A stretch of DNA of 64,000 nt from an uncultured Nitrospiraceae bacterium. Lineage in GTDB: Bacteria; Nitrospirota; Nitrospiria; Nitrospirales; Nitrospiraceae. The translations under genes were made by a program, and so were the position numbers. This document shows, piece by piece, positions 63,236-64,000 of this stretch. The DNA lies in contig CAVPLT010000004.1 in the NCBI GenBank assembly GCA_963706325.1, forward strand, positions 928,001 through 992,000. The letters run 5' to 3'. The notes below the pieces were generated by a model, which worked only from the letters and a program-made list of their open reading frames with translations, ran no database searches and was not told the origin of the DNA. Within the stretch, counting starts at the first letter, position 1, and each line of letters starts with the position of its first letter.

Positions 63236-63870
63236 TTGCCGACGATCACGATGTCGTTCGCCAGGGAGTGCGAGCCCTGCTGAACCAGCAGCCTGGCTGG
63301 AATGTCGCGTGGGAAGCGGCAACCGGCCGCGAGGCGGTCACCATGGCCAAGCGCGAGCGGCCGGACGTCAACATTCTTGACCTAGCGATGCCGGAAATGA
63401 ACGGGTTGGAGGCGGCGCGTCAAATCCTGCACGATCAGCCGGAGGCCCAGGTCCTGATTCTCACCATGCATGAATCCGAGCAGCTGGTCCGAGAGGTGCT
63501 TGATTCCGGCGCGAGGGGCTATGTCTTGAAGTCGGATGCCGGGAAAGATCTCATCTCCGCAGTGGATGCCCTCCGTTTGAAGCACGTGTTTTTTACATCC
63601 AAGATCGCCTCGATCGTCCTGACTGATTATCTCAAAACGAGCCGTGAGCTCCGCAAGGGCGAACCGGCGAGCCATGCGCTCTCTCCGCGCGAGCGCGAAA
63701 TCATCCAACTCCTGGCGGAAGGCAGGAGCAATAAGCATGTGGCCGACATCCTCAATATCAGCGTCAAGACTGCGGAAACGCACCGCCACCGGATCATGCA
63801 GAAGCTGGAACTGAAGTCCATCGTGGATCTCGTGCATTACGCCATTCGGAACCACGTCGTCCAGCCCTGA
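63214..63870 (+). CDS. NarL/LuxR-family response regulator
   Basis: ILIADDH.VVRQG, LDLAMP, LTMH, GYVLKS and the HTH LSPREREIIQLLAEGRSNK...VKTAETHR. Confidence 0.93.
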   Translation: MGTLRILIADDHDVVRQGVRALLNQQPGWNVAWEAATGREAVTMAKRERPDVNILDLAMPEMNGLEAARQILHDQPEAQVLILTMHESEQLVREVLDSGARGYVLKSDAGKDLISAVDALRLKHVFFTSKIASIVLTDYLKTSRELRKGEPASHALSPREREIIQLLAEGRSNKHVADILNISVKTAETHRHRIMQKLELKSIVDLVHYAIRNHVVQP

Positions 63871-63911
63871 ACGCGCCGCTCCTCACGCCTACAGTAGTTT
63901 CCTCCTTGAAA

Positions 63912-63929
63912 ATACAGGTTCTCCTGTAT
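63912..63929. promoter_or_regulatory. perfect 7-4-7 inverted repeat, candidate transcription-factor site
   Basis: ATACAGG-TTCT-CCTGTAT, about 70 nt upstream of GGAGG...ATG at the window end (63998). Confidence 0.45.
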
Positions 63930-64000
63930 CGCCTTCGCGACTAGTCGCGCCTACTCTGCTGCCATGTAGTCACAATCTCTTGTTAGATGGAGGAACCATG

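Noticed and set aside
1..64000. Hundreds of overlapping antisense or alternate-frame ORFs (e.g. 21252-22310 -, 36884-38086 -, 56908-57795 -, 21170-22666 +)
   Set aside because: They shadow well-supported genes in GC-rich DNA and have no recognisable motifs.
1..64000. CRISPR array, rRNA, tRNA, integrase, transposase or anti-phage defence genes
   Set aside because: Reading by eye, I found no regularly spaced direct repeats, cloverleaf or rRNA signatures, or recombinase/nuclease motifs. A covariance-model scan would be more sensitive.

Overview
Bacterial chromosome window, probably from a Nitrospira-like (Nitrospirota) genome. That assignment is an inference from gene and repeat style and was not checked against a database. 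Bases 1-10.7 kb hold intact housekeeping and signalling genes: a YifB/ComM ATPase, clpB, a GlrK-QseG-GlrR-like triad and two PilZ proteins. Bases 10.7-14 kb are gene-poor and contain gene remnants. From 14 to 44 kb lies a stress and ion-homeostasis block: two P-type cation ATPases, two tandem-domain universal stress proteins, a group-2 Mrp/Pha antiporter operon, NDH-2, a CBS protein, quinone and flavin oxidoreductases, a Tat-exported GH2 beta-glucuronidase, a HAD-GH65 fusion and an FtsH. From 44.5 to 64 kb is a fully co-oriented periplasmic redox block. It contains rhodanese-soxC-soxD, a cbb3-type oxidase with CcoN, CcoO and a dihaem c domain in one (frameshifted) gene, small cytochromes c, a p-cresol/4-alkylphenol methylhydroxylase-type cluster (pchC-pchX-pchF, aryl-alcohol dehydrogenase, a secreted beta-rich protein, pchA) and a PAS-kinase/NarL pair. 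Several accessory genes carry isolated 1-2 nt indels that look like sequencing errors, while others are clearly decayed. I found no rRNA, tRNA, CRISPR array, integrase or transposase.
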